From positions 64,001 through 128,000 of the IMG/VR virus record IMGVR_UViG_3300036987_000083: DNA of 64,000 bases, one strand, 5' to 3'. Origin of the DNA: a virus. The notes below the pieces were generated by a model. It saw only the letters and a list, made by a program, of their open reading frames with translations, ran no database searches and was not told the DNA's origin. This document shows, one piece after another, positions 23,689 to 33,129 of the stretch. Each line of letters opens with the position of its first letter. Position 1 is the first letter of the stretch. Made by a program: the position numbers and the translations under genes.

Positions 23689-24441
23689 ATGGCGCTACTT
23701 GTATCGAACTTGACTGGAGCGCCTGTCGCTCTAACCGGCATTACTCCCGCAGTTACGATTCCGCTCAGCGCGGCTCCTCCTGCGGCAGGACCGGCTGTTA
23801 ACGTCACTTCGGAGCTGCGTGGGCTGACTGGCCCGGAATATGTGGCGCTGCAGGCGCAGTCTGTCGCCACGCTTCAATACACCTGGTCGACGGGCGTAGC
23901 GGAATTTGCGACGCCAGGCCTGACTATTGCGGATTCCTCGGGCTACGCCCCCACCGTAGTTGGCTCTGTCGCTAGCGGACTCGGCGTCACTGTTGACTAC
24001 AATGGAGATCAACGCATTAGCCACCTCAAAGTCACCGTAGACCATACCGCCTGGATTGAGGCCGGGTTAGTTCAAAGTCTGACGCTGGCTTCCATCCCTG
24101 CAAAGGCCCGGATACTGAGTGTCATTGCCGACACCACTGCCGCACTCACCAACGGAGTGTCTACTTTGGATCTTGAGGTCGGCATCACCGGAACTCTCGG
24201 AGGTTGCATCGCTACCCACGACGTGCAAGCCGCCCCAGTAACCAAGGGGCTCCTTGATGCGGACATGGGCACGCTCATGACACGAGCGGCCGCCATCCAA
24301 GGCGGCACCCTCCCCTCCTGGACCGCCGCCACCGACCTCATCGCTACCCTCACTTCAGGCACGATTAACCTCGGAGATGGCGTGGCGACCGCCCTTACCA
24401 CCGGCAGCACGACGTTCTACGTAACCATCGAGATGCTGTAA
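23689..24441 (+). CDS. virion accessory/decoration-like protein (250 aa)
   Basis: N-terminal about 75 aa homologous to 22064-23539; GAGGA SD. Confidence 0.65.
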   Translation: MALLVSNLTGAPVALTGITPAVTIPLSAAPPAAGPAVNVTSELRGLTGPEYVALQAQSVATLQYTWSTGVAEFATPGLTIADSSGYAPTVVGSVASGLGVTVDYNGDQRISHLKVTVDHTAWIEAGLVQSLTLASIPAKARILSVIADTTAALTNGVSTLDLEVGITGTLGGCIATHDVQAAPVTKGLLDADMGTLMTRAAAIQGGTLPSWTAATDLIATLTSGTINLGDGVATALTTGSTTFYVTIEML

Positions 24442-24506
24442 CCGCCCGGTACCACTACTTCAGGACGTGCTTGACAATGACGTCCTGAAGTAGTACTGTG
24501 GCCCAC

Positions 24507-24869
24507 ATGAACAGGTCGCCCATGCACTACCGAGACCCCCGGATGGCTCCTCTCTCGAAGTACCGCCTTGGGGAACGAGTTGCGCGGTACAAGGACCACC
24601 CCCTCATGCAGGACGTCTTGGACGACAAGACTCGGGTCGAGTTGGCGGCTGCACTTGACTTCCAGCAGCAGCAGGAAATGGAGCGGGCTCAGCTTGCTGC
24701 CGAAGAGCAAGCTGAAGCGGCTGCTGCAGCCAAGCGTGGCTTCTTCGCGAAGCTGGCATACCGGGCTTTTGACGCCGGAGTCGTCTTCCTCTTTGCCCAG
24801 GCTCCGGACGCCCTGAGTGACGGGCTTGACTGGATTGTCGAGCGAGTCGAGCGGGCCAAGAAGCGGTAA
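24507..24869 (+). CDS. hypothetical protein (120 aa)
   Basis: TTGACA-N17-TACTGT promoter 7 nt upstream of ATG. Confidence 0.65.
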   Translation: MNRSPMHYRDPRMAPLSKYRLGERVARYKDHPLMQDVLDDKTRVELAAALDFQQQQEMERAQLAAEEQAEAAAAAKRGFFAKLAYRAFDAGVVFLFAQAPDALSDGLDWIVERVERAKKR

Positions 24870-24917
24870 GACTTTTCTACCTCGCCAGCAGCTCCGTGCT
24901 CTGTTAAAGTGCGACGC

Positions 24918-25685
24918 ATGACTGCCTCTATGGGTACGCGAAATTTAACAAGGGATTTGCAGTGCATTCTGGAGCAGCAGGCGTCCATTGACGCGGCGCT
25001 CTTCACGGAGCAAGACGTGCTCCGGTACATCAACCGGATATGTGTCTCCTTGGAGGAAATCGGATTTGTTCCTCCGGGGGCCTTCACTATTGGCCGTCTT
25101 TTGAGGGCCATTGAGGAGGAGGTGCTGCCCGCGCTGCTTGCAGAGGACGCTACGCAGGTAACCAAGGTTGGTCCGCAGGGCGCTATTCCCCATGCCGCCA
25201 AGAAGCAGGGTTTCCTGAGTAGGGCAGTCGGCGCGGTAAAGGGGGCAATTCAACGTGGAGTGACTCGTGCGGCCACTAAGCTGCGTCAGCACCATTCGGC
25301 GAAAGCCTCCGCCGCGTTGGACGCTGCCGCGAATCCAGAGGTGCCGCTACACGTAGCCACCAAGGCCGCCAAGACGTATGCCAAGCACTACGTAAAAGCA
25401 GCGAAGCTGTCCAAGAGGCTCAATCCCAAAACGCATGCGGCGTTGAGCAAGTCAAAGGCTGACGCGGGCGATCCTGAGCACGGTACACGACACGACGCCG
25501 CGTACAATGTGTGGCACGCCCGTAAGACGGCCCCAACGCTTCAACGACACAAATTGAATCACGCCCATCAGCTAAAAATTACGGCGGACGTAAAAGCAGC
25601 CAAAGCGCAGCGCGCCGCAAAGAGTGCCCAGCCGAGTGTCGCCTCGGACGCTACCAACCCGGGAATTGCCCATAAGGGCATTTGA
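24918..25685 (+). CDS. basic His/Lys/Ala-rich putative internal head protein (255 aa)
   Basis: Paralogue of next gene; acidic N-domain then basic tail. Confidence 0.65.
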   Translation: MTASMGTRNLTRDLQCILEQQASIDAALFTEQDVLRYINRICVSLEEIGFVPPGAFTIGRLLRAIEEEVLPALLAEDATQVTKVGPQGAIPHAAKKQGFLSRAVGAVKGAIQRGVTRAATKLRQHHSAKASAALDAAANPEVPLHVATKAAKTYAKHYVKAAKLSKRLNPKTHAALSKSKADAGDPEHGTRHDAAYNVWHARKTAPTLQRHKLNHAHQLKITADVKAAKAQRAAKSAQPSVASDATNPGIAHKGI

Positions 25686-25698
25686 GAGATTTTACGCC

Positions 25699-26418
25699 AT
25701 GAACCTTCGCGAACAGACTGCCGTGTTACAGGGATTGTTGGAGCAGCAACTCTCAATCGAAGAGGGTTTGCTCACCTCGAACGACCTGCCTCCGTACATC
25801 GATGCGCTGTGTCACCATGTAGCGAGTGCAGGGTATGAAGTACCGGAGTACTTTGAGTTGGCGTCCTTTATCGAAGGCGTTGAAGCTCTCCTGGCTACGG
25901 ACAACAGTCTTGACGAGAGTCTTTTGCGCAAAGGCATTAGCGCGTTGAAGGGCGCGGTAGCCCGGGGCTTGGCCAAGCTGCCCAAGGGCGCGCACGCGAA
26001 GCTGCAGAAGTACCACGCCAAAAAGGCTACGGCGGCGCTGGACTCTGGGGACGATCGCAAATACATCCATCATTACACTGCCAAGCACTTTCATCAGCAG
26101 CACGGGAATCCAGAGGCGGCGAAGATTGACGCAAAGAAGGCCGTCGCCCATAGCGAGCCCAAGCCCGGCACTACCCACGCCGCCAGGCGGAACTTGCGTT
26201 ACTCCAAGCGGGCGACCGCGACAGCCAAGGCACAGTCCAAGGAGCCCTACGCGGCCATCAGCGCCCGGAAGGCTGCGGCCCGGTCCGTGGACTTCGCGCC
26301 TCAAGACGAGCCCATGGGCGATTCCGGGCTAAGTTCCACCATCAAGTCCCCCAAGTCTGGTACTGCGACCATCAAGGCGACTACCGTCACCAAGCTGGCA
26401 CGCCCGAAGAGGTCTTGA
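25699..26418 (+). CDS. basic His/Lys/Ala-rich putative internal head protein (239 aa)
   Basis: LLEQQ and KGA..RG motifs shared with 24918-25685. Confidence 0.65.
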   Translation: MNLREQTAVLQGLLEQQLSIEEGLLTSNDLPPYIDALCHHVASAGYEVPEYFELASFIEGVEALLATDNSLDESLLRKGISALKGAVARGLAKLPKGAHAKLQKYHAKKATAALDSGDDRKYIHHYTAKHFHQQHGNPEAAKIDAKKAVAHSEPKPGTTHAARRNLRYSKRATATAKAQSKEPYAAISARKAAARSVDFAPQDEPMGDSGLSSTIKSPKSGTATIKATTVTKLARPKRS

Positions 26419-26470
26419 CAATACAGCTAGTGTACTGTACATGGGTCCCTGGTTCAAGGGAGGCGGGCAC

Positions 26471-27019
26471 ATGGCAAGACAACGCGCAGGGACGAACACA
26501 CGCGTTCTGGATGAAGAGGTAGCGAAGCTTACCGAGAGAGTAACGGAGCTTCAGTTGTTGAGGTCGCTAGATGCGAGCCGACAGGAGACTGCGTTACGGC
26601 TCCTTACTGCTACGCTCGAAGCGCTGGTAGCGGAGTGCACTCGACTGTTGGAGCCCCGGGCGACTCAGCCTGCTTCAATTGGGTCGTTAACCCCAATTCA
26701 GAATTCCCCCAAGAGCAAGCATGCGTTGCGTACTGCGCAGGTGACTCCGGAGGCGCTTCGCTTGAAGCTGGGAGGCACTCCGAAACTTGTCAATGTAGCG
26801 CTGGAGTCCGTAATAGAGGAAATTGCAGACTCTATTTACCCTAAGTCACTTTGTTCTGTGTCACAGGCTCCTCCGCCATCGGAGACTAAGGGCTTTTTGA
26901 CTTCCAAGGGGTTTTTCAAGCAGGCTAAAGGGAAGATTTTCAAGTCGTTAAAGGGCTCCCGCAAGCGTACGAAGCCTGCGTCGAAACCCCAGCTTCGTGC
27001 TAAAAAATCGAAGCGTTGA
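26471..27019 (+). CDS. hypothetical protein, coiled-coil plus basic tail (182 aa)
   Basis: GGAGG SD. Confidence 0.65.
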   Translation: MARQRAGTNTRVLDEEVAKLTERVTELQLLRSLDASRQETALRLLTATLEALVAECTRLLEPRATQPASIGSLTPIQNSPKSKHALRTAQVTPEALRLKLGGTPKLVNVALESVIEEIADSIYPKSLCSVSQAPPPSETKGFLTSKGFFKQAKGKIFKSLKGSRKRTKPASKPQLRAKKSKR

Positions 27020-27062
27020 CACCTCTAATTAAACCGCATTACCAACCATACTGGGGGCACCT

Positions 27063-27323
27063 ATGAGCGATAGCAGCACCAGAAAAGCTATTAGTGTGAT
27101 TACGGCAGCCGTTGTTGCGGAAGCCGAGGGATGGAAGACGAGGGCACTCATCGCAGAGCAGGCGCTTCTGGCTTCTCAAGAGGAGAGTGCGCTGCTGCGA
27201 AGCATGCTGGCCCACACCAATAAGCTCTTGGATGCCCTCATGGCTGAGCGGGAGGCTTTTCTTGCGAGGCAGGCGTCTTCCCGGCCTTTCTGCGCTCCTG
27301 TACTGCCTTCCCAACTGTCCTGA
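27063..27323 (+). CDS. hypothetical protein (86 aa)
   Basis: ORF with GGGGG SD-like. Confidence 0.55.
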   Translation: MSDSSTRKAISVITAAVVAEAEGWKTRALIAEQALLASQEESALLRSMLAHTNKLLDALMAEREAFLARQASSRPFCAPVLPSQLS

Positions 27324-27575
27324 GAAGGCTACAACCAGCGCTGGGGTAGGACTATCTTTTTAGAAAAACAAAAAATTGCCCGCGTTGCGGGCTGCGCCCG
27401 CATGGGGCGCATTAAAAGAGGTTACTCGGCGCGGCTTACTGAGGGGTGGCCCCCAAACATTTGTGGGTGGATCTTGAGGACGGGACATGGACGACTTTGA
27501 TTTGAGGGCTTGGTGCGTTGCTGGCGGTTTGCGTGTGAATCTTGAAGCCCTTACTCCGAAGTTCGACGAGTGCCT

Positions 27576-28025
27576 ATGAGTGCCTCCGAGCCCATCAACG
27601 ATGAGTGGCTTCGCGACGTCAAGGGCTTGGCCTACAGGGACCAGGACGGCCCCCAAGTGGGGGTCAGTCGCGAGGGGCTAAAGCGAGTTTTGGCGCGGCT
27701 GGAGGCTGCCGAAACTGCCCACAGGGAGGCTGAGGCCGCCCTCGGAGAGCAAAAGCAGCCTCGAAGCGAGGGGAAGGGCCGTTCTGGTGGCAAAACCGCC
27801 TCAGAGGCCAAAGCAGCCTCCCTTTGGGAGGAATTCACGGTGTACGTAGAGACTCCTCATTTGCCGGGACACGCAGTTCCTATGTGCGGTTTGTGCGGTA
27901 ACACAGGAGTCTTCGATACCCGTGAAACAGCGAAGACTCCTGTGGGGAATGTTTCTTGCGGCGTTCGGGCGTACTGCATCTGCCCCAATGGGCGCTCTAT
28001 GAAAGCAGCCGGGGACCCTCTATGA
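27576..28025 (+). CDS. Zn-finger hypothetical protein (149 aa)
   Basis: CGLCGNTG..CICPNG. Confidence 0.65.
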   Translation: MSASEPINDEWLRDVKGLAYRDQDGPQVGVSREGLKRVLARLEAAETAHREAEAALGEQKQPRSEGKGRSGGKTASEAKAASLWEEFTVYVETPHLPGHAVPMCGLCGNTGVFDTRETAKTPVGNVSCGVRAYCICPNGRSMKAAGDPL

Positions 28026-28312
28026 GTAAGCGCTTCTGGCTGAGTTGGAATGAGCTAGCCAAGGACTACCGTCCGTTGAGTTACCCACCGAATTCTTGCA
28101 TCTTGGGGTGGTGGTGCACCGGCTACGACGACACCTCCTCCAGGATTTGCGCTTGGGTTACCGCTACGGACGAAGAAGCGGCCAAGGCTGCTGTCGCTTT
28201 GGATTGGCCGGGCGCCAAGGACTGGCGTTTCTGCGCAGAAGTGGGCAGAGACTGGGAGCCGAGTGACCGCTTTCCGTTGGCAGAGTGGACTAGGGCGCGG
28301 GTGAACCCTTGA
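28022..28312 (+). CDS. Trp-rich hypothetical protein (96 aa)
   Basis: ATGA coupling. Confidence 0.65.
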   Translation: MSKRFWLSWNELAKDYRPLSYPPNSCILGWWCTGYDDTSSRICAWVTATDEEAAKAAVALDWPGAKDWRFCAEVGRDWEPSDRFPLAEWTRARVNP

Positions 28313-28575
28313 AGGTTCAGAAACATATTATTACCCTCTCGGGCGAGGTCCCGTTTGAGATTGAGAGGGGCACTCTCATGCAGACGACTGACGGCACCTT
28401 CTTCAGGGTGACTCGGCGTGTTTCCACTAATTGCATCGAAGTCGCGCCTTACCGCTGGTATCACAGGCTTTGGAGACATCTGGCCCGGCTTCCGGGTTGG
28501 CTGCTTTTATGGGGAGCCTTAGCCCTTCTCTTGGCATTGGGAGGCGTTCTGCTTCCTGGCTGGTTAGGGCCATGA
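28309..28575 (+). CDS. small membrane protein (88 aa)
   Basis: C-terminal TM segment; coupled. Confidence 0.55.
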   Translation: MKVQKHIITLSGEVPFEIERGTLMQTTDGTFFRVTRRVSTNCIEVAPYRWYHRLWRHLARLPGWLLLWGALALLLALGGVLLPGWLGP

Positions 28576-28799
28576 CGGAGTTGGCCGAGTTCAAAGAGAA
28601 GTTCAAGCCTTATGCGAGGCATCTGGGCTTTTGCTGTCGAGGCCTCCCTAGCGGGCTTCGCCCCTGTAACTGCGGTGTGTTCGAGTTGCTAGATGCGGTA
28701 GGGGAAGAGGAGTTGGAGAAGCGCAGGCGGTTCCCGGAGTTGGGGCCGTTCCCAAATGTCCCACGCATCCAAGCATGGGTGCTGAGTTGTGAACGATGA
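28572..28799 (+). CDS. Cys-containing hypothetical protein (75 aa)
   Basis: ATGA coupling; FCC..PCNC. Confidence 0.55.
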   Translation: MTELAEFKEKFKPYARHLGFCCRGLPSGLRPCNCGVFELLDAVGEEELEKRRRFPELGPFPNVPRIQAWVLSCER

Positions 28800-29047
28800 C
28801 TAAGGTGAGGGCGAAGATGCGAGCTTCGGAGCTGTTTCAAGCGTATCGGCGTGGGTGGCGAGACGCGGCTGCTTCCAGTCTCCCTGACACTCGATTTACC
28901 GCGCACCCCACCCGGGAAGATCTCACTGCGGAGTACCGGCGAGGCTACACGGAGGGGCGCGCTAGTTACACTGCGGACATGAATGCAGCCATGAAGCGCC
29001 TTGGTTATGTTCCTACCCTTTTGAGAGACTCCGAGGCTAGCGCATGA
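28796..29047 (+). CDS. hypothetical protein (83 aa)
   Basis: Coupled; Y..G..D..EY..GY.EG pattern. Confidence 0.65.
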   Translation: MTKVRAKMRASELFQAYRRGWRDAAASSLPDTRFTAHPTREDLTAEYRRGYTEGRASYTADMNAAMKRLGYVPTLLRDSEASA

Positions 29048-29340
29048 CTAAAACATTGGTAGAGCACCTAGAGGGTTACGATACTGGGTTCAACTGCGTG
29101 CACGGGCGCGCGTTTGACTGTGATCCTTGCATGGAGCGGCTGTCCAAGCGTCAGCGCGCGGATGCTGTGGAGCTGTCTAATTTGCGCGCCATCAACGCGC
29201 ACATGCGCGTCAAGCTTAATTTAATTGTGGAGGTGTGCTCCTGGGTTCGAAGCGAATCTGACCCCTTAGTGCGTGTGGGGATTTTGGCGTTGGACGCCCT
29301 TTCTCCTCGTTTTGAGGAAGTAGACACCCCTTCCCATTAG
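29044..29340 (+). CDS. hypothetical protein (98 aa)
   Basis: Coupled; CVHG..CDPC. Confidence 0.6.
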   Translation: MTKTLVEHLEGYDTGFNCVHGRAFDCDPCMERLSKRQRADAVELSNLRAINAHMRVKLNLIVEVCSWVRSESDPLVRVGILALDALSPRFEEVDTPSH

Positions 29341-29524
29341 TGTTGTGCTACTCTTGCCCAGTCGCAGGTGGCATGAAGCTCCTGGTTACTGCTGTCCCCG
29401 TTTCCGCCAGGAAATAACAGCGACAGTTGCGGATACGCGCTACAGCGTGTATGCCGTAACCGGAAAGGGCTCCCGGGTGGCAGAGCCCACTTCTTTTTGA
29501 CGTCCCCTACCTTTTGAGGCACGG

Positions 29525-29567
29525 GCCGCCGGTCGGAGTCTCCCTCCCCTCAGACCGGCGGCTTTCT
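29525..29567 (+). terminator. intrinsic terminator
   Basis: GCCGCCGGTC/GACCGGCGGC stem plus TTTCT. Confidence 0.7.
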
Positions 29568-29574
29568 CATGTCT

Positions 29575-29590
29575 GCGACCATCTGGTCGC
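29575..29590. repeat. palindrome copy GCGACCATCTGGTCGC just upstream of a TTGACA promoter
   Basis: Same family as early-region palindromes; -35 at 29594. Confidence 0.85.
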
Positions 29591-29629
29591 TACTTGACAA
29601 TGGCTAGGCCTTGGTGTATGGTTCTCCGC

Positions 29630-29803
29630 GTGAAGACTTACGGGAAAGATCGCCGGGCTTACGCCAACCGCCACCTCAAGGGCACCGACATGGCGTGTCC
29701 TTGCTGCGTGCCGTACTCCACCAAGCGTAAAAGTCCCACCAAGGCTTACAAGAAGCGTGCGCGGCAGGCCAAGAAGAGGGAGACGACCGCACATGTGACT
29801 TGA
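29630..29803 (+). CDS. basic Cys-containing protein (57 aa), leaderless GTG
   Basis: GTG 7 nt below TATGGT; CPCC. Confidence 0.55.
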   Translation: MKTYGKDRRAYANRHLKGTDMACPCCVPYSTKRKSPTKAYKKRARQAKKRETTAHVT

Positions 29804-29835
29804 CAACCAGTATCCCACCGTGTATACGGGTTTGC

Positions 29836-30111
29836 GTGACCAGCAAGAGTTTCAAGCGCCAGCAGAAGTTTATTCGCACCAGTGAGGAGTGGTACCCCAC
29901 GGTAAGTGGGCAAGTCCGGGTAATTTTCCAGCGTTTAGAGAGTCGTAACGCTCGGCCGCTGTGGCGCGTCAGCGTGTGGGGTGGTGACGACTTTGGTATG
30001 GAGTTGGACCTTCCTGAGACCGAAAAAGTCCGTGCCCAACGAGTTTATAACTCCATCGTGGATTTCACTACGCAGGCGCAATTACAAGCAATGGGACTGG
30101 AGCGGGCATGA
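29836..30111 (+). CDS. hypothetical protein (91 aa), leaderless GTG
   Basis: GTG 7 nt below TATACG. Confidence 0.6.
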   Translation: MTSKSFKRQQKFIRTSEEWYPTVSGQVRVIFQRLESRNARPLWRVSVWGGDDFGMELDLPETEKVRAQRVYNSIVDFTTQAQLQAMGLERA

Positions 30112-30509
30112 GCGAGTCACTTTGGGCCGTATGGGAGACTGAACACCCGGAGAATGGGGTAGTAGGTGTGCAGGCCGCGTCTGAAGCCGACGCTCTTCGG
30201 GCCTATGAGAGCGCGGGTTACAAAGACGGTACTGCGGCGCTAAGTGCGAGCACCTTGGTCGTGGCCGCGCCTGGTGGGGCTAAAGCGCAGAATTTTGAGG
30301 ACCCATCCACCGAGGAGTTGGCCAAAATTCTTAAGGCAGGGCACGGGGCGATTATTCGCGAAACCAGAACGTGGTGGTCTATCGCGGAACACGTCCTCGG
30401 CCTCATGCGAATTGCGCGCGCCCAGGCATTTCGTCACTGCGCGAAGGACCACAACATGCTTTTTAGTCTTTGGGTGGCCAAGGGCACTGAACCAAAGGTC
30501 GAGCCGTGA
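30108..30509 (+). CDS. hypothetical protein (133 aa)
   Basis: Coupled. Confidence 0.6.
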   Translation: MSESLWAVWETEHPENGVVGVQAASEADALRAYESAGYKDGTAALSASTLVVAAPGGAKAQNFEDPSTEELAKILKAGHGAIIRETRTWWSIAEHVLGLMRIARAQAFRHCAKDHNMLFSLWVAKGTEPKVEP

Positions 30510-30626
30510 GTAGCGAAGACTACGACCCCGCTTGCCGCACGGCTCGGCAGCTTGGCTATCGAGTCAATGTCCCCTTTGTATTGGGAACGGTTACGCAGTG
30601 TTCGGCGTATATTGGAAAAGTCGACC

Positions 30627-30899
30627 ATGACCAAAAAAATTGAGGCTTGGGCCCTGTCCAATGCTTCAGGTGCTTTCGTGTCGGTAGTGCTCAATAAACC
30701 CCGGAGTGTTCGGGGCTACCGCCTTGTTCGACTTGTTGAAGCTGACCCTGCGGTAGGGGCTGTGCTTCGCGCCGCCATCAAAGAAGCCAAAGCCGAGCCG
30801 CTGTACTTTTCAGACGAAGACGGTTGCTCCCATAGGCGTAGGCCTTCGGCGTTGAAGCGGGCAGTCTCTAAGCTGCTAACCCAGAGGGAAAAGAAATGA
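30627..30899 (+). CDS. hypothetical protein (90 aa)
   Basis: ORF in operon. Confidence 0.55.
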   Translation: MTKKIEAWALSNASGAFVSVVLNKPRSVRGYRLVRLVEADPAVGAVLRAAIKEAKAEPLYFSDEDGCSHRRRPSALKRAVSKLLTQREKK

Positions 30900-31123
30900 G
30901 CGGAGAAGAGGAATCAAAGTCCCCGTCGTTTTTCCTGTGTGGACTTACGCCGGATCCACCGCCATCCACTCAATTCAGCGGGGATGGCGAGACATGCCCG
31001 AAGTGTAAGCAGAAGACTGTGCGTTGGGGCTACGGCCTTTTCGGAGGGGGCATGGGACCTTGGGAGGTTTGTGACTCCGGCGGTGTTTGCGACTGGTTCG
31101 CAAAAAAGCAGGACGCCTCATGA
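30896..31123 (+). CDS. Zn-ribbon protein (75 aa)
   Basis: CPKC..C..C; coupled. Confidence 0.6.
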   Translation: MSGEEESKSPSFFLCGLTPDPPPSTQFSGDGETCPKCKQKTVRWGYGLFGGGMGPWEVCDSGGVCDWFAKKQDAS

Positions 31124-31806
31124 CTCCGACTACAATTCTAGATTCCTCGGGAAATCCAATGCAGGGCTCGACTCCTTTGCCCGCGCCTGCTGCTCGTGCC
31201 GGGATGACTGGTGAAGAAATCGGCCAGCGACTTAGGACCCAGGATAACCGAATCACTTCAGACCCAATTTTCATCGTGCAACAGCTCCACCGGCAGGTTG
31301 GGATGGATCCGAGCTATTGCAGTAGCACCCTCTGGTACAGTTCCGATGACCAAGAGGAGGCAAGCCCCGAGAAGACGCGCGCAATCAAGGAGGCTATGGC
31401 CAGCACCGAGCTGTCTTGGAGTGAAAAGGACGCAGTGGCCGAGGGCTACACGGAAGTCGGCTACGTCGACACGTGGGAGTACGTAACAGCGTGTTTCACT
31501 GACGCAGCGGCTCAGGAGTACATCGAGGCTAACGCCCATAACCTGAAGCAGCCCCGCGTGTACGTAGCCAGTGGCTACCGAAACCAGGAGTGGATTGCCG
31601 TCAGGAAGCTGTTAATGACGTTGCCAGAGCGGGACGCAGAAATCCGCAGCAAGACACTGACGGAGATGCTCCAATTCCTGGAGACACACACTCCAACTGA
31701 GAGTCCTTCCACTGCGGCTGTTCGACTGTGTTTCAAGGTGCTCCGAACAGAGCTGCTGAAGCTGATGGCCTGCAAGGATATGGACGAGTACCTCAGTAAG
31801 GAGTGA
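31120..31806 (+). CDS. phage protein with DNR.T..PIF.VQ / HNL..PR.YV motifs (Ead/Ea22-associated-like, 228 aa)
   Basis: Motifs recalled from phage Ead-like proteins; not searched. Confidence 0.65.
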   Translation: MTPTTILDSSGNPMQGSTPLPAPAARAGMTGEEIGQRLRTQDNRITSDPIFIVQQLHRQVGMDPSYCSSTLWYSSDDQEEASPEKTRAIKEAMASTELSWSEKDAVAEGYTEVGYVDTWEYVTACFTDAAAQEYIEANAHNLKQPRVYVASGYRNQEWIAVRKLLMTLPERDAEIRSKTLTEMLQFLETHTPTESPSTAAVRLCFKVLRTELLKLMACKDMDEYLSKE

Positions 31807-31843
31807 GTGGGTTTTATTACTCTGGCCAAAAGGAACCAAGCGT

Positions 31844-32020
31844 ATGACTCCTCGTGGAGAGTGGTGGGTAGTATCCCAAGTGAAGGATCGCCTCTTCGTC
31901 GAATGCGAGGGCTTCCGATCCAAGAAGGCCGCAGTGCATTGGCGAGATGAGCACTACCCCGAGGGACTGCTACTGCAGGTTTCCTTGGGTGTTGTGAAGC
32001 GGCCTCCGGGGGAGCGCTAA
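31844..32020 (+). CDS. hypothetical protein (58 aa)
   Basis: AAGGA SD; below track cut-off. Confidence 0.5.
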   Translation: MTPRGEWWVVSQVKDRLFVECEGFRSKKAAVHWRDEHYPEGLLLQVSLGVVKRPPGER

Positions 32021-32098
32021 GCTGGCGCTGGTGCCTCCTGGCTGCCTATTCTTGCTGCCGGTCTTGACAATGACAGCATTGTACAGTAAGGGGGGTGC

Positions 32099-32320
32099 AT
32101 GCATCGGACGATGAAGAACAAGAGGTTGACGCTATGGGCGCACTTGGTGTCTGCGCACGCAACGGCCATTACGTTCGATATCTCCCTTTCCGAACTTGAA
32201 GGGATGCACAATCAAGAGCATGACGGCCCCGGCACCATTCGAAATCACGACAGGGGCTCTAGGGAGTACAGCTTGCAGAAGCTCGGAGCCGTGCTCTCTG
32301 AGCCGGACGAAGAGGAGTGA
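32099..32320 (+). CDS. hypothetical protein (73 aa)
   Basis: Promoter/start module duplicated at 33093-33151. Confidence 0.55.
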   Translation: MHRTMKNKRLTLWAHLVSAHATAITFDISLSELEGMHNQEHDGPGTIRNHDRGSREYSLQKLGAVLSEPDEEE

Positions 32321-32706
32321 CCATGGCCAACGTAACCGTCTCCGGCGAGGAAATCCTCAAGTCGCTCACGAGTCACTTGTGCCACTTGGAGGCCTGTCGA
32401 GAGTTCATCGACGAGTTTCAGCGACAGGGCTACGAGCCCCGTGTGTTGGAGTGGACTAAACAAAACAGTTCTTTGAATAGCTATGAAAGGCTCGTAGCTC
32501 AATTCAAGTGCTACGAGACGACTAAAATCGGCGGCCCGGGGGTTAAAACCACGGTCCAAGTGGTCCTTGAGAACATTGAGCAACTGAGAACCGCAAAAAA
32601 GTTGATCGCCTACCTCCAATTGGAGGTTGGGTTCTATGGTCGTGTGCTTCCCGATGCGATGGTATCTCAGCTACACCGCCTCAACGGTTTCGACGACTCC
32701 GAGTAA
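32317..32706 (+). CDS. hypothetical protein (129 aa)
   Basis: GAAGGAG SD. Confidence 0.6.
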   Translation: MTMANVTVSGEEILKSLTSHLCHLEACREFIDEFQRQGYEPRVLEWTKQNSSLNSYERLVAQFKCYETTKIGGPGVKTTVQVVLENIEQLRTAKKLIAYLQLEVGFYGRVLPDAMVSQLHRLNGFDDSE

Positions 32707-32710
32707 ACCC

Positions 32711-33091
32711 ATGCTGCTCCTTCGCCACAATCTTCCCGAACATCCGTATAGGCAGGGAGAGATGCTGCGTCGACCTCCAGGCACTGAGAGTATGTCTGGA
32801 CACATCGATGACGGCTCCGAAACCGGAGCGTGCGGTAACGGTGGCTGTGGCTTTCGTACAGTGTATCTTCCGTGGATCGACTGTCCTGAGTGCCTAGTGC
32901 TCCTTGATTGGGGCTTGGACATTGGCCTCTTTGCGGGGGGCACAAACGGTATATTTCAGGTGCAGTCTCCAGAAGAAATCGCTGCCGAAAAGGCTGCGGA
33001 GACCCGCGCGCGTGAGCGCCTGTACGCATCGATGGATGCTGAATTTTCGGAAGACGATTCTAACCCGTTCGATGACGATTACGGCCCCTGA
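32711..33091 (+). CDS. Cys/His hypothetical protein with acidic tail (126 aa)
   Basis: GACG..GCG..CPEC. Confidence 0.55.
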   Translation: MLLLRHNLPEHPYRQGEMLRRPPGTESMSGHIDDGSETGACGNGGCGFRTVYLPWIDCPECLVLLDWGLDIGLFAGGTNGIFQVQSPEEIAAEKAAETRARERLYASMDAEFSEDDSNPFDDDYGP

Positions 33092-33129
33092 GTCTTGACA
33101 ATGGCAATGCGGTCGTGTGAGGAGGGCAT

